NCBI GenBank assembly: GCA_965113315.1
Contig: OZ220373.1
Length of the DNA: 64,000 nucleotides
Source of the DNA: Podarcis vaucheri
Lineage: Eukaryota
Reading direction: 5' to 3' (one strand)
The position numbers and the translations under genes were made by a program. Position 1 is the stretch's first letter, and every line of letters begins with the position of its first letter. Of this stretch, positions 26,331 to 39,328 are shown one piece after another. The notes under the pieces were generated by a model. The model was not told the DNA's origin. It saw only the letters and a program-made list of their open reading frames with translations, and made no database searches.

Positions 26331-29300
26331 TTTAATGCTTTAAATACTTTGTGGGAGTGATCACCAAGCAAATTATAAAAAAATATGATTTATGGCAAAA
26401 CCTTGCAGACAGTTCTGTCCCATGAATGTCAGCAGGTGATGGCTGTTGAAGTTTTCTTTCACTACAAAAATAAATGGTTGTGCGAATCCATATGAGGTCT
26501 CGTATAGACCTGGCAGACTTTGGCTTCTCAATCTATAATGATGTAATTAATTGGCTTTTCTTTGAGAAAATTAAAGCCTGGCTGTTAAACAAGTTTGCAT
26601 TATCCCTTTCATCCCCACTCCATTAGTTCTGTTGTCTATGAAGAAATGCTGTAAATGCTGATGTTCAACAGTTTAATAGAAAAAGTTTTGCCATGCACAC
26701 GACGGAGTGACTTCTGAAAAGGTTATACAGGCATACTCTGTTCTATGACTTTTAATTAAAGCGTTTAATTGTTGCCAGGTGTGTAACAGTATTGCTAAAT
26801 GTAAGGCCTAATTGTTTATTCTTCCCTCTTTGTTATAAATTGAATAGATTTGTGAATGCATTAGTCAGAAAATGGGACTCAGGAGGCCTGCTCATGCAGC
26901 AACGCTATTCTCCTTCAGAGGTCAGAATAAAGTATTGTTTAAAGGCCCCAACTTTTACTGGTACATCAGGTGCGGCAGACAGCTTTAGGAGTATGCAGGA
27001 AACCAAATACAGTTCTAGACTTTTTTTCAATTTTGTATGCCCTCTCAGGATCCTTTCAGCTTTTATTCCTTTATTCCAGCAGACCCTTCAACCATCACTA
27101 AGTTGCCCAGATATCATCACCCCAGCAAACACTTCTACTTTTGGTCAACCACTGTTATTGAGCATTCAGAAAGCTAACTTCAGTTGCTGAGGAGGAAGAT
27201 TTCCTGTCCAACAGGGCAACTATTGTGTACAATTTGGCACCTACTACCATACACCTCGAGTACCATAGGACCTGGAATTGGTAATGCCATCACGGTTTCT
27301 GACTTGAAATGGAGGTGTCCTGATTTTGAGGCTTTGTCTCCCTTTACAGTGCCACCCTGGTGACAGATCCTGCCTCTTTGCCCCATACAAAATGACGATT
27401 GGCTCCAGGCTTGGTGGCACAGCTTGATGATGCCATTTGCCAGAAGCAGAGAGAGAGAGAGAGATAGGGAGAGAGAGAGAAGAGGTGTGGGTTTAAAAGG
27501 GCCATGGTGCAGTTTGGAGCTGGCAGAGGTGGTGTGTGAGACTTGAGTGGCTAGTAGGATGGGGGAGAAGGTGGGAGGAAAGGAAGGAGGAGTGGTGCCC
27601 AACGCTAGGATCCTACCTGGTAATATGCAAAGTAATGAAGAGGTGGCAGTAGTGCTTCTGAGCATGTATAGAATACTAAAAAAAAAATCCCACTTTTTCA
27701 CCAGTCAGAAACACCTTGCATTCCTCAGATCAGAATGTCTCGGTTTTCATATGAGGATTGTTAGAGGGTATGTATTACATAGTGGAGTCCAAAGCCTATG
27801 ACATTGCTGCCAATCATGTCCATCTCACTATTCTGAATGGTCCACCAACTTCAACTGATTTTCTGCCATCCTGCATTAGAGAGTCTCTTCAGTATTTGGA
27901 CAAATGCTTCTACAAGTCCATGTCACCCTGAGCACATCAATGCCCCAGAAACAAAGCTAGATGCATCCCTGTTATAGGTATCTGGAGATATTATTTCATC
28001 TGCTCAGTACTAATAAAGTGCAAAGACAGAATGCAATAGGGGGGCAACAAACAGCCAAGTGGGGCAATGGCTGAGGTCCCAGGACCTCAAGAGGAACTGC
28101 AGCACCTTTGGGACTCCCCCAACAATTCTGGACTTCCTTTCTGTTTCTTTTTTAAAGCAAGCCATTCCCAAGAGCAGGGGAATGGAGGTGATTAGCGCAG
28201 TTGGAAACAACTGAGGACTAGGAGGGGAAGGTTGGAGACATATGGAGAAATGCTGGAAGGTCAGTAGGAGGAGTCTAGGAGGAGAAGGTAAATTGAGTAA
28301 ATCTTCAGGAAGTGAGGAAATGTAAAACTAGCATATTTCTATCAAATAATGTTATTTATCTATATGATGATTTATTTATTTACAGTTCTAAACTGCCTCA
28401 TAACCAGAGTTATCTGGGTCACTTATACTGAAAATATTTAAATATAACCCTACACTATAACATATGAAAAGCAGTACAGAAGAACTTAGGCAGCAGATAA
28501 CTAGAACTTAGCATGTGAGTGGGCCAGTTCAAAAGGTCTACGGCTGCAGTTGTGTGCTTGCCTACTGAGAACTCCCTAGGACGTACACCTGTAAAAATGA
28601 ATGGGAACAGAGTCAATGCATATGTCTAAGGTTGTGTTTTTCCAAAGTATATTGTTGAATCCAAATAATTAGCATGTTGCAGCATGTTTGTACATGCAGC
28701 AAATATTTTGAACATGTAAATAATAACCTAGAAGTCTGTAGGAATGGCACCTTGATAAGGAAATTGAGTGCCAATCGTCTCACACACTTTTTGAATTTGC
28801 ATTTACATAATGGCATGTATGATATTGCCACATGATGCTCCTGTTTTCTTAAATGTGCAGCTACTCCTTGTTTCCCACCCTTCCCTGTTTTGGCTTATAG
28901 AAATCACCCTGGTAACAGTGTGTTCTGTGAGCACATTAAGCATTATTAGCAGTGATCACAGATTCATGCATCTGTTCCACTCTTTGTCTCCTGAAGAACT
29001 TGAGTACTGGACAGAAATTGGAATGTGCCAGCCTATTCATGGCTTAGATTTGAAGACCTCTACCTGAGAGAGGTTGTGTGTGTGTCAGGTTTTTGGACTC
29101 TCCTGTAATGTGTTATCAGATACGCTATTATCTAGAATACTGCAGCACCAGCTCCCCTTAATGTGCTGCGCAGACTAGAGAGCATTTTCATTTTTATGCC
29201 ATTGAATGTTTTGTAAAATCTCCACTTGTAAATCAGGATGACGGCTTTACATTTCCCACCTTCAAAATCAATCTTTAAAAGCCATTTACAAGGTCTCCAC

Positions 29301-30323
29301 TTTCTTTTCTTTTCTTTTCTTTCTTTTTTGCTATCTTCTGAAGTGCATCAGTTTGCAAAATTAAAAATGTTCAGGAGTAACCCACGCACCCACCCGTCTC
29401 ATATGATTGAATCCCTGTTAGTAAAACACAAGTATTTGTTTTGGATACACCCCATTTTGTTTTGGCAGCCTCAACGAGAACGTGCCAGGCTATTTATGGC
29501 ACAGATCTGACGACCTCCAGACAAGAGAGTTTATGGGAATTTTTTCACGCCATCACAGCTTGTTCTTCACAAACTGAATAGCTCTGAGCACTGTCATGTA
29601 CATTTAGATGATACAAAAATAAATTGCAACAGGAGGTCTGTATAATATGTGATGGGCGCTTGTTTGTTTGTTTATTAAAAGCATGCTAGCTAATTAATGC
29701 AAGAATGTCCCCCTCCTTCTTGAAAACACACATGTATTTTAAGAATCTTTACATCTCTTTTGTCACTTGTCCTGCACCATATCATTGATTGTGTAATTTG
29801 TTGAGAGGGAAAGAGAGTGACTGTTGCTCTTCAGAGGAGAGATCTGCTTGCAATTTTCAGAGTGATGATTATATCTCATTTGAAGCCAAAGGGCCTAAGA
29901 GGGGCCTGATGTCAAAACATTCCTTTTATTCATGAAGTATTCCACACATCACATCACATCACACATGGCTTACATAGTAACAGTATTGTGTTTGAACAAT
30001 ATAATACAGAGCAAATGGAACTCCTTGCAAAGCTCCTGAGCTTTCTCAACCTCCCCCTACAAATCACAAGCAAATTGGACTTTCATACCTTTGCACTTGT
30101 GGGAATCTTGAATGACAGTATCTAAATATTTTTAAAACCCACCGGCTGGCCTCTGGAACAGTCTCCCACGTCTTCTCCACCAGGCAACATCCCATTCATC
30201 ATTCACAGACCCCTTTTAACAAATTCCTTCTGTGAGGTCTAGCATAATCTGCCAAGGGTATGCAACAGAGTCATGAAAAGAACAGGCTGTTTCACAGCAA
30301 ACAAGAGATGGACAAAATGTTTA

Positions 30324-30326
<3 letters not shown>

Positions 30327-30385
<59 letters not shown>
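30327..30385. repeat. (TC)n(TG)n compound microsatellite
   Basis: Seen directly. Confidence 0.97.
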
Positions 30386-30747
30386 CTTATTCCCCACTGC
30401 ACCCCACTTGCTTCCCAACAAGGCAAAGCACCCTAAATTAATTTATTCCTGTTTTCATATTTAGAATGTGATTAGAAATCATAAATTGGAACACTTGTCC
30501 ATAAGGCAGCTTAGGCTGCATTCTTATACCTTCAAAGCACATTCAAAGCTCATTCTTTCCCTTAGCAAATTCTGGACACTGCAGTTTGCCTCTCAGAGAG
30601 CTACAATTCCCAGGTACCCTTAGCAAACCACAGCGCCCAGAATTCTTTGAGTAAAATGATGTGTATAGCATGTACGCTGCCTTCAGGACTAAGCTGTCTT
30701 GTAGATGGATTTAATGGATTTTTATTCTTTTAGCTTTATTTTTCGGA

Positions 30748-30918
30748 ATATAGGATGCTGCCTTATACTGAGCCAGACCATCAGACCAACTAATTCAGTT
30801 GTGGGGTTTATTGGTTTGCTTCTGCTTTTATTTTTATTATGTATTTTGTGTTTTTATATTGTGATTGCATGTTGTGACCGCCCTGAGACCTGTGGTTATA
30901 TGGTGGTATACAAATGTA

Positions 30919-30973
<55 letters not shown>

Positions 30974-31085
30974 TAGTTTTAGAAAAGGCATCTTTTCCAA
31001 ATATTCATGGAGACATCAGGGATTGATCCTGGGACCTTTCGCAATCAGAGCCGATGCTCTGTCACTGAGCTATGACCCTTCCCCA
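30748..31085 (-). mobile_element. Squam2-like SINE interrupted by a + strand LINE-2 tail with (TAA)n (about 30800-30972)
   Basis: tRNA head rc ggggaagggtcatagctcagtgacagagcatc...ggtcccaggatcaatccctg; tail gctgccttatactgagccagacc. Inserted tgtgaccgccctgagacc...ggtatacaaat(taa)n. Confidence 0.7.
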
Positions 31086-31501
31086 AAGCACAATATTTAT
31101 TTCTTTTCTTGAATTCTGGGCAATGTATAAATTCTTCACATAAACCAATGAATCCATTAGGAACATGGAGGACTCAGAACTGCTCACTTGGAAGCATGAT
31201 GGTCCATGGAAATAAATTAGACTTTCTTCAGGTAATAGTGTTTAGGCTTTGAAGCAGTCAGCTAGCAGGAACAATGCCTTCTGCCATTGGTGGCTGCTGC
31301 CTCCACACACTGAAAGCTTGTATGTTGAAGCTTCATCTCTTATTTTTTAAAAAATCAATAAAATGTTACAGGAAGAGCCATGGTATGAGGGAATTTTGAT
31401 ATGACTGGGCTGGTTTAAGGAAAGTGTTGCTAGCTAAAACCTTTGTTTATCTACTTGGTGGTTCACACGACAGTGTCTCATTCATGTGGTGAACATAGTT
31501 C

Positions 31502-31861
31502 CAGACCCCCCCCCCAAGTGCCTCTATTTACCAGGGACAGTCCCAGATTTACAGAGTCCATCCCGATTTTACAGAGCCCACCCCTATTTTCATCAGAGAA
31601 ATGTTGGAGGGTATGGAGTTATGCGACCCCCAAGCCAAGGAGATAAGTAACTATACAACCTTTAGAAAACATCTGAAGACAGCCCTGTATAGGGAAGGTT
31701 TTTTAATGTTTAAAGTTTTGTTATATTTTTATATATGTTAGAAGCCGCTGAGATTGGCTGTGGTAACCCAGTTGGATGGACGGGGCATAAATAATAAAAT
31801 CAAGATTATGCTTATGGAATAGTATGTCCCTATTTTCATCAGGCAAATGTTGGAGGGTATG
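31502..31861 (+). mobile_element. Composite hAT-type MITE carrying a LINE-2 3' tail, copy 1
   Basis: Ends cagaccc..ccaa / ttggagggtatg, with an internal duplicate of the right end. L2-like acatctgaagacagccctgtataggg...gaagccgc...ggggcataaataat. Homologous to 39424-39837. Confidence 0.75.
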
Positions 31862-32362
31862 CACTTCTCACATTGATGACTGTTTTCTGTCACAAAGAGG
31901 CCAACAATGGAAGAGTCGGTGTGAGTGTTATAAACACTATTTACAGAACATGGAGCAACGTGCTTAAACAGCATCTTTAAGTCAGATTCTTGTGAGCTAG
32001 TTCCCCAGGCACACCAAGGATATGCTTAATGCTCACATGAAGAACTCACAAGACTGTTCTGTTCTTAAATGAGAACAGAAGACTCAATTTGTGAAGACTC
32101 AAACATGCTCCTAGACAGATTAGGTCACCTGGCCAGCCATTCCAATTTGGTTCAGTTTATAATGGCTCACAAAGGAACTATTTTCATTGAAGCACATAAT
32201 TCCAATTTGTTCACCTCACGCCTCTTCATTTTCAGCTGAACCCTACATATGTGAAGGTAGTTTGAGAAAGAAGGTGAAGTAGACCTAACCTTTGCAGATG
32301 GACGTAGAGCAGTAAGACATTAGATACTGTGATTATTATTTTTTTAAAGAAAGCTTTTGCAG

Positions 32363-33215
32363 GTAGGTATGGAATCTTCTGTCAATTTCAGTTTTCTGTT
32401 TCTCATTTTTCCAATCAGTTCTCCACATTTTGCAGCAATTGGAAATTTTAAAAAAATCTTCATGAAAATTCATCACCATTTTAGTTCACATTTCTCGTTA
32501 AAACACTAATATAATAATGCATTTTGTATGTTGGTTTCACAAAAACCCTCATTCCTATGCACACTTGCCCCAAATATATGCATTTTTAGAAACATTGTTT
32601 GCTGGATAACTTCCTCAAAAAATTCAGAATTTCCGAGGATAGCTGTGTTTCAATTCCCACATTGTTTCAGAAAGTGTGTATAATGGTACCTGGGGTTACA
32701 TACACTTCAGGTTACAGACGCTTCAGCTTACAGACTCCGCAAACCCATAAATAGTACCTTGGGTTAAGAATTTGCTTCAGGATGAGAACAGAAATCGTAT
32801 GGCGGCGGTGGCGAAGCAGCAGGAGGCCCCATTAGCTAAAGAGGTCCTCAAGTTAAGAACAGTTTCAGGTTAAGAACGAACCTCCAGAACGAATTAAGTT
32901 CTTAATCTGAGGTACCACTGTATTTGATACATTTGGCTTTAAGCCTCGTCCCATGCCCAGTAAGTGTGAGATGAGCTGTGGCCCATAGATTGCAGCAAAA
33001 TATTGAACCTCTACCAGGAGATTCAACCCCCTCAGTGGTGACACCCGGGGCAGCCTGCACCCACCACACCCCCTTCCTCTGCCCCTGTCTGGCCACCCAC
33101 CTGCAGATATCCCACCCTCAAGTTAGAGCCTTCACTGAGCTATTTTGGGTCACTGATGAGTCACATAGTGCACCTGCCTGGGCAAATGCATACTGAATTG
33201 AATTTCTCCCCTGTC
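32363..33215. mobile_element. TAGGGATGG-TIR family element interrupted by a Tigger MITE and a further GC-rich insertion
   Basis: Left taggtatggaatcttctgtcaatttcagtt; right gaattgaatttctcccctgtcta. Body similar to 6645-6977. Confidence 0.55.
32681..32920. mobile_element. Tigger-like (Tc1/mariner) MITE
   Basis: TA-flanked. TIR taatggtacct (from cagtggtacct) / aggtaccactg. Inverted homolog of 44129-44370. Confidence 0.85.
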
Positions 33216-34454
33216 TAGGATGTTGGATTAGATGGGCCTCTGGCCTGATCCTGCAGGCTCGTCTTAAGTTCTTATGAGGAGCAGTCACATTGGGAATTTG
33301 CTTCAGAAATAGAAAGTGGAGAAGTCAGATTTATCTGAACATCTGCCCCTTCCTTTGATTTGCCTTCAGCCAGAGTCTTGCTGTCTTATTATCACCAGAC
33401 ATTTCACATTCTTCCAGGTGACAAAATAAAAATAAAGAAATGTGTGTACAGGTTACACTCTGATGAAAATAAGTTGAACCTGGTACACAATATTTCCTAT
33501 CGAAAAATAATGGTTTTTAATAATGTACACTCTCTAAAGCAATTGTAGCTGCATTTCTGAAGTGACAATTCACTCTTTGCTCCTTTGTTATTCATTGTGA
33601 TATTGTTAATCAATGCTTGAACTCTTGTTAACTAATCTCGATGCTCCAAGGTATGTGAAACATGCATTATTCCACTGCTGTCCAGCTTCCTGTGTGCCGT
33701 TCATGTGAGGAAAAAAACAACAAAAGCCAGTTCTAAGGTTGGGGCAAAGCTCCCCGAGTTTAAATTCATCTATTCGACAGTTTGGAATTCAGCTAAACTA
33801 TCTTGGGATCTCATTAAGAAGTGTGGAAATTGCTTTGTCATTTGTCTGTTGTTTCTGGCAGGCAAACAGGACTTCTTCATTAGGAGTTTGAATCTCTTGT
33901 CTAGGTGTAGCCTTTCCTCCCTGGTGTGCTGGTATGCTTTATGTATATCTATATCTAGATAAGCAAACTTTGCTGCTTCAGTGGTGCTTGAAAACTACCA
34001 TATAAATAAGTGCCCCTGGCTTCCATAATGGAAGAGCCAAATACTCCAGTGAATGCTACAGACACATACTTTCTTCCTGATGTCATAAAATATCTATGCT
34101 ATTCAGAACACACAGAATAGTTGGACCAAAAAAGATTGAATCTGCACGTTTATCACTTGCTCCACAGTGTCCAGGTAAGCACCCTGGATATACAGTAAGT
34201 GGCAGGATTCACTGAATGAATCCTGTCAGTGGAAAATCTGTGCAAGGCTTCCACTTGTGCGACTGGAGTTTCTCACTTCCCAACCCCCTGCACCACCCAA
34301 AATTGGTTCTGTGGGTTTAGGAGAACCCTCAGAACAGCACACTGTGGGAGGGGATCATTCTGTCTGTCAAGCTAATAGACTTGCACAGATGGAACATCTG
34401 CCTTCACACAACATTGAATTCTACCCCTTGTAATTGTCCAGTGTAATAAATATC

Positions 34455-34600
34455 ATAGATTCAGGTAGGTAGCCGTGTTGGTCTGATGCAGTCAAAATAT
34501 ATATAAAAATAAAAAAATTGTCCCGTAGCATCTTAGAGACCAACTAAGTTTGTTCTTGGTATAAGCTTTCGTGTGCATGCACACTTCTTCAGATGCACAC
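34455..34600 (-). mobile_element. Penelope-like element terminal-repeat fragment
   Basis: caggtaggtagccgtgttggtctg...tagcatcttagagaccaactaagtttgttcttggtataagctttcgtgtgcatgcacacttcttcagat is the typical reptile PLE end. Confidence 0.8.
34558..34598 (-). ncRNA. Minimal (PLE-type) hammerhead ribozyme motif
   Basis: rc = GUGCAU-CUGAAGA-A-GUGUGCAUGCACAC-GAAA-GC-UU-AUACC: CUGANGA and GAAA core boxes, palindromic stem II, AAGCUU minimal stem III, and stem I GCAU/AUAC with one mismatch. Confidence 0.65.
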
Positions 34601-34914
34601 ATAGATGTCTTTGACTTCGGTGACATGGCACTTTCCCCTCTAAAATGGAGCCCATTCCTCTGCAGGTTTCCCACTATCCTTTGCACCAATAATTCAGACA
34701 TGGAGAGAGGTTTATTGACCAGGGCCTCCATCGCCTGAAATTAATTTTGGGAAGCTGAAGAGAAGTAGCATCCTCGGCTTACCTTCTCTAGCATCATGTG
34801 CTAATGAAATTCCTAGGGAGAGAGAAGAAGTTAGAGAGAAGAAGTTAGAGATGTATTTGTGGAAATTTCCTGCAAATCTGTGGATGTGAGATACTATGAG
34901 GGAGTCTGAATCTC

Positions 34915-35025
34915 ACACTTCTGAGAAGAAGAAGTGTGCTTCTTCCAAGCTTATACCAAGAACAAACTTAGTTGGTCTCTAAAGTGCTACTGGACAATTT
35001 AAAATAAATAAATAAATAAATATAG
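34915..35025 (+). mobile_element. Penelope-like terminal-repeat fragment, inverted second copy
   Basis: aagcttataccaagaacaaacttagttggtctctaaagtgctactggacaatt is the near-exact reverse complement of 34516-34568. Confidence 0.78.
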
Positions 35026-35646
35026 TTAGAGACATACAAAGATGTAGTAGTTTGTGCTCCCATAAGTTCAGTTTATACCCAGTAATGATGTTGTGGGTAA
35101 GTGTTCTTCCAATGTCTCTCTGGCTGGAATGTCACCTACCATATAAAAGGTAAGAGTAACATCTATTTCCCTGGCCATTTTTTACTCTCATCCTACCCAC
35201 CATGTCCAGAAGGCTGCCTATGATGCAATCCAGCCCTTGGGATAAAAAGGTTCCCAAACCCTCACTCAGATCTATGCTGCATAATAGCTTTCGGGACATT
35301 GCCACTATTGATCTGACAATGGTGCAACCAGTGCAATGATATGGGATAGCTGTTATTGATGGTGCAATCTCACACATTATGACACGGGGCAGCAACTGTG
35401 CTCCATCCAAAGCACCTGTTTTCTGGTATTGTATCTCAAGGACTTGGCCAGAGATTTATCTTAAATCAAAATATTTTGATATGTCAATGCTCATACTATT
35501 GTGGCTTCAGTCTTAGTAGGAGGATGAGAAGAGAACAGCAATTTCTTTTTTCTTTTCTTTTTCTTTGGGTGGATGTACAGTATTCTTCACTGTGAGTTGA
35601 ATCAAGATACGTTCTCTTGGAAAGCAAATGTTAGTGGAAGCACACG

Positions 35647-35681
35647 CAACAGCAGCAGCAGCAGCAACAACAACAACAACA
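35647..35681. repeat. (CAG)n(CAA)n trinucleotide repeat
   Basis: Seen directly. No supporting exon context. Confidence 0.9.
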
Positions 35682-36289
35682 AACCCAAAATCATAGAGAG
35701 AAAATTATTTGGCCAGCTATGCACTGAAATAGTGAAGCCATCTTATCGGACAGCTCTTTTGAAGATCTGTAATCACAGAGGTTTGGCATTTTCTGAAATA
35801 AAAATAGCCTACTGGGGATGTATTATATTTGATGGAAACGTACTTTTCTCTCAGCAAAGGAGAGTGAGAGTCCATCTAATCTAATAACCTTTCACCACAA
35901 GACACCAACGTGGATTTTGAGAGAACAGGATATAACTTCTGTAATGCTTCCTGTGGTTTGAGACTCATACCAGAGGGGGCAAATTTCTTCCTCACACCAG
36001 CTGGTGATTATCTGATACCCTGAAGCATGTAGATTGATGGTGCTTGTAATTTTATTCTAGTTTGTTTAGCGTAACTGCAGAGACCATTGTTATTCATAAA
36101 TCTCAAAAGGCTGTGGTATGTGATCAACCCTAGTTGCAACCTGTGGCACTGAATTTCATGGATAAACACTATTGCACTAAAACCCATAAAAACACTAGCA
36201 TCTTTGTTAATTGTGTGTGTGTGTATTTAACAGCTTTGAAGTGGGCTTATAGAAATGCAGTGTTCAATGTAAATATGCACTAAATATGG

Positions 36290-36425
36290 CAGGGGTCAGG
36301 ATCTGTCACCCCCAGATGCTGTTATATCCCAACTCCCATTATCCCTAGTCAGCATGACCAGTGATCAGGGACGATGGGAGTTAGAATCCAGCAACACCTG
36401 GAGGGCCAAAGGTTCTCCACTCCTG
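36290..36425. mobile_element. Short hAT-type MITE
   Basis: caggggt... / ...actcctg ends; internal inverted caactcccat / atgggagtt; degenerate TSD aaatatgg / gaatatgc. Confidence 0.7.
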
Positions 36426-36761
36426 GAATATGCAAAATTTCAAACTTTTAAAATAACACTGCAAGTCAATAAAAGAACTTGAGAAAACACAGCTGAGTCA
36501 GACCATCACACGTCTGAAGGCTAGCAAACTGAAGCTTAAGCCAGACAGAGAAGAGGTAGGGGTTTCAGTCTGTTCCTGATTCACTAGCACTCCACTTGAA
36601 ATATAAGATTCAGTTTGGTAGTCTTCCTGCCTTGATGTTGGATTTTCAGATAGCGGCTATGGCTGTGAGTGATGTTTCTGGAAGGTGAACCTAGCCACAA
36701 TGGCATGCGACTTGGTTATGTTACTATTAGAGTACCCTGGGCTGCCTTCAGAATAGTCTTC

Positions 36762-37216
36762 TTTTTTTCTTTTTTCTTTTTCAAATGCTTTTTATTGAGA
36801 TTTAAGAACACCAACACCAACCAACAAAAACATCAAGACTTATTACATATATCCTACTTTATGCTCCATAGAGCCTTTGACTTCCGTCCTTCCCTTCCAC
36901 AAGTTTTCTTATTCCAATCTATAATTCAGTTTCATTGGTTAAAAATTACACCGTGACATAAGATTTAATTCAATCCTGCCAACGTTTTAATGTTTCTACA
37001 GTTCTCACTTATATAAACCATAAATTTACTCCATTCTTTTTGGTACTTTGTCTCCTCCTGATTGCGAATTCTGTGTGTCAATTTTGCCATTTCAGCATAT
37101 TGAACCAACTTTATCTGCCATTCCCTTACAGTCGGAATCTTCCACTTTTGGGCTATCAAAACTCTAGCTGCTGTTGTTGCATACAGATATAATCTTTGGT
37201 CTGTCTTCTTAATATA
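36762..37216 (-). mobile_element. 5'-truncated L1 LINE
   Basis: ORF ...LYLYATTAARVLIAQKWK...KTLAGLN*. 19-bp TSD tgccttcagaatagtcttc (36743-36761 / 37217-37235). Poly-T tail on the + strand. Confidence 0.92.
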
Positions 37217-37254
37217 TGCCTTCAGAATAGTCTTCAACTACTCCAGAACATATG

Positions 37255-37505
37255 AATGTTAAAAAAGTCCTGCTTAATCAGAACAAAGTCCTGTCTTGTC
37301 CAGCTTCCTATTCGCACAGTGGCCAACCAGAAACCCACGGGAAGCGTGCAAGCAGAACCTGACTTCAACAGCACTTGTGATTCCCAGCAACTGGGAATAC
37401 TGCCTCTGGCAATGGTGACAGAACTTTGATAGCCATTGGTAGCCTCATGCTCCATGAATTTGTCTAATCCTCTTTTAAAGCCATCCAAGTTGATGGCCAT
37501 CATTG
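37255..37505 (-). mobile_element. CR1 3' end fragment
   Basis: rc encodes MAINLDGFKRGLDKFME, the CR1 ORF2 C-terminus, followed by a CR1-type 3'UTR. Confidence 0.8.
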
Positions 37506-38769
37506 CATTTTTAAACCATGAAACAAGAAACTTTGCAACATTGCTGTATAGAATTCATAAACAAATAACTCATCACATGGGAAAACATGTTTTTCTTATT
37601 ACTGGGAGGTACCTGATGTGCCATCGTAATACCATCTGAAAAGAATTGGAATTATCATCTAGAATTTAACTTATTTTTGAAGAACTATTCTGCTTTACAA
37701 CCAAATCTATTCCGAAATGCATTAGTTAGCACATATAATGTATGATAAATTCCAAGATAATGTTTGTGCTTTTATACTCTCTACAATCATGTAACCTTTT
37801 AATTAGAATTTAATTAAAATTTTAAAAATGGAGGAGCAAAGCAAATAGGTTATAAAATTAATGTTGAAGCAGAGCTCTATTGATTTTACACTGGACAGTA
37901 GAGTTATAGTCATGAATACATATTTTATTACAAGAAATGGCCTACCATGAACCATGAATTATGCTGAGTTGACTTTTATTTTTGAAGCCCACAAGATATT
38001 ACATAAAAGTAAATATCAGTCAGCTCCACACAACCACAAGTCATTTATAGAAGGTTGACATGTGGCACAAACTGAAGATCCAAAGCTCATATTCACGCTT
38101 TTAAATATGTTTTATATTAAACTAATATTTTTATGAACACTTTTTGGAACATTTGAAAAAGCTAGATAAGGTCCCCACCCCTCCCCAGTCTATCATTATT
38201 TATGTTTTATGTGATTTTCTTGTAAGATTACGGAACCAACATGGATAATTATGACAAATGGCTTTTTTGACTGCTTGTGTCTCCTTTTTAGGGGCTACTA
38301 CAGAAGGAAGCCTGACTTTGAATGTATATAAAATCTGACCGAATGCTGGAGTAGTAATTCTTTTAGACTTCAGTGAAGTCACTTTTGTTCAGATGGTGAA
38401 GTGTAAGAAAAAGGGCTGTTCAATTTTGTTGCACACCCATATCAGTGCAGATACAGAAGCAAGAGAAGCAAAACTAAACTTGCATGCAAATGTCTCTGCC
38501 TCCCCGCACCTCCTGAAAAAGACTTGGGAGGTTTGAAAATAAATTTGGATATGACCAGTGGGCTGCAACTTTTCTGCTTCAATGAATAGAAGGTCCTTCC
38601 ATTCGTGGAAGGTTCTATTCCATTAATGGACCTCTCCTTATGTGAATGAAACTCCTTATGTACAGGACGTGAAGATGCAACCCACTTTTTTTTCAGATGG
38701 CTGGCAGGAGAAACTGTGCAGTATTCATTTCTGTAAAACTTTATAAACTGACCTGGATATAACTAGAGT

Positions 38770-39150
38770 TGTGATCACCACGACTGCGATCGCCTTCCTG
38801 ATGTCTTTCCACTTCCCTTATTCACCGATATTAAACTCTGCCCATGTGATGCCCACCTGGTGGAAATGTAAAGCCAACTATGTATACCAATATGGAAACC
38901 AGAGACAGAGGTCATACAGGGGAGAGACCTGGAGCTCACCAAGACAGTAGCTAAGTTCCTCTATTTGATTTTTTGCCGCCAAAGTACGCTACAGGACCCT
39001 GCCCTTGCTGGAGATGCACAGAGGTGAAATACCAGTAGATTGCTTGCCTCTTCTTCCCTTTGGCAAATGACTATACTGTTGAAATGGCGACGAGATCGCA
39101 TTGGCCTATTTCTTCTGAATGTGATGCCAATAAATGTTTGATGATGATAT
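38770..39150 (+). mobile_element. Degraded non-LTR retrotransposon 3' end (clade uncertain, RTE-X-like)
   Basis: KLCPCDAHLVE and ELTKTVAKFL peptide remnants. Ends caataaatgtttgatgatgat. Confidence 0.5.
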
Positions 39151-39283
39151 TAAACTCAGTCTCACTTTACCATGGGGGGAGTGTTTCCCTTCAAGCAACT
39201 GATCTTGGAGATCTTAAGAGAATTCCAGAGATAACAGGAATAAAAAAAGGAGCTCATTTTCCAGGGAAATGGGCATGTCTGGA

Positions 39284-39328
<45 letters not shown>

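Noticed and set aside
35647-35681. (CAG)n(CAA)n as a polyglutamine exon
   Set aside because: The Gln frame is closed by nearby stops and lacks convincing splice sites.
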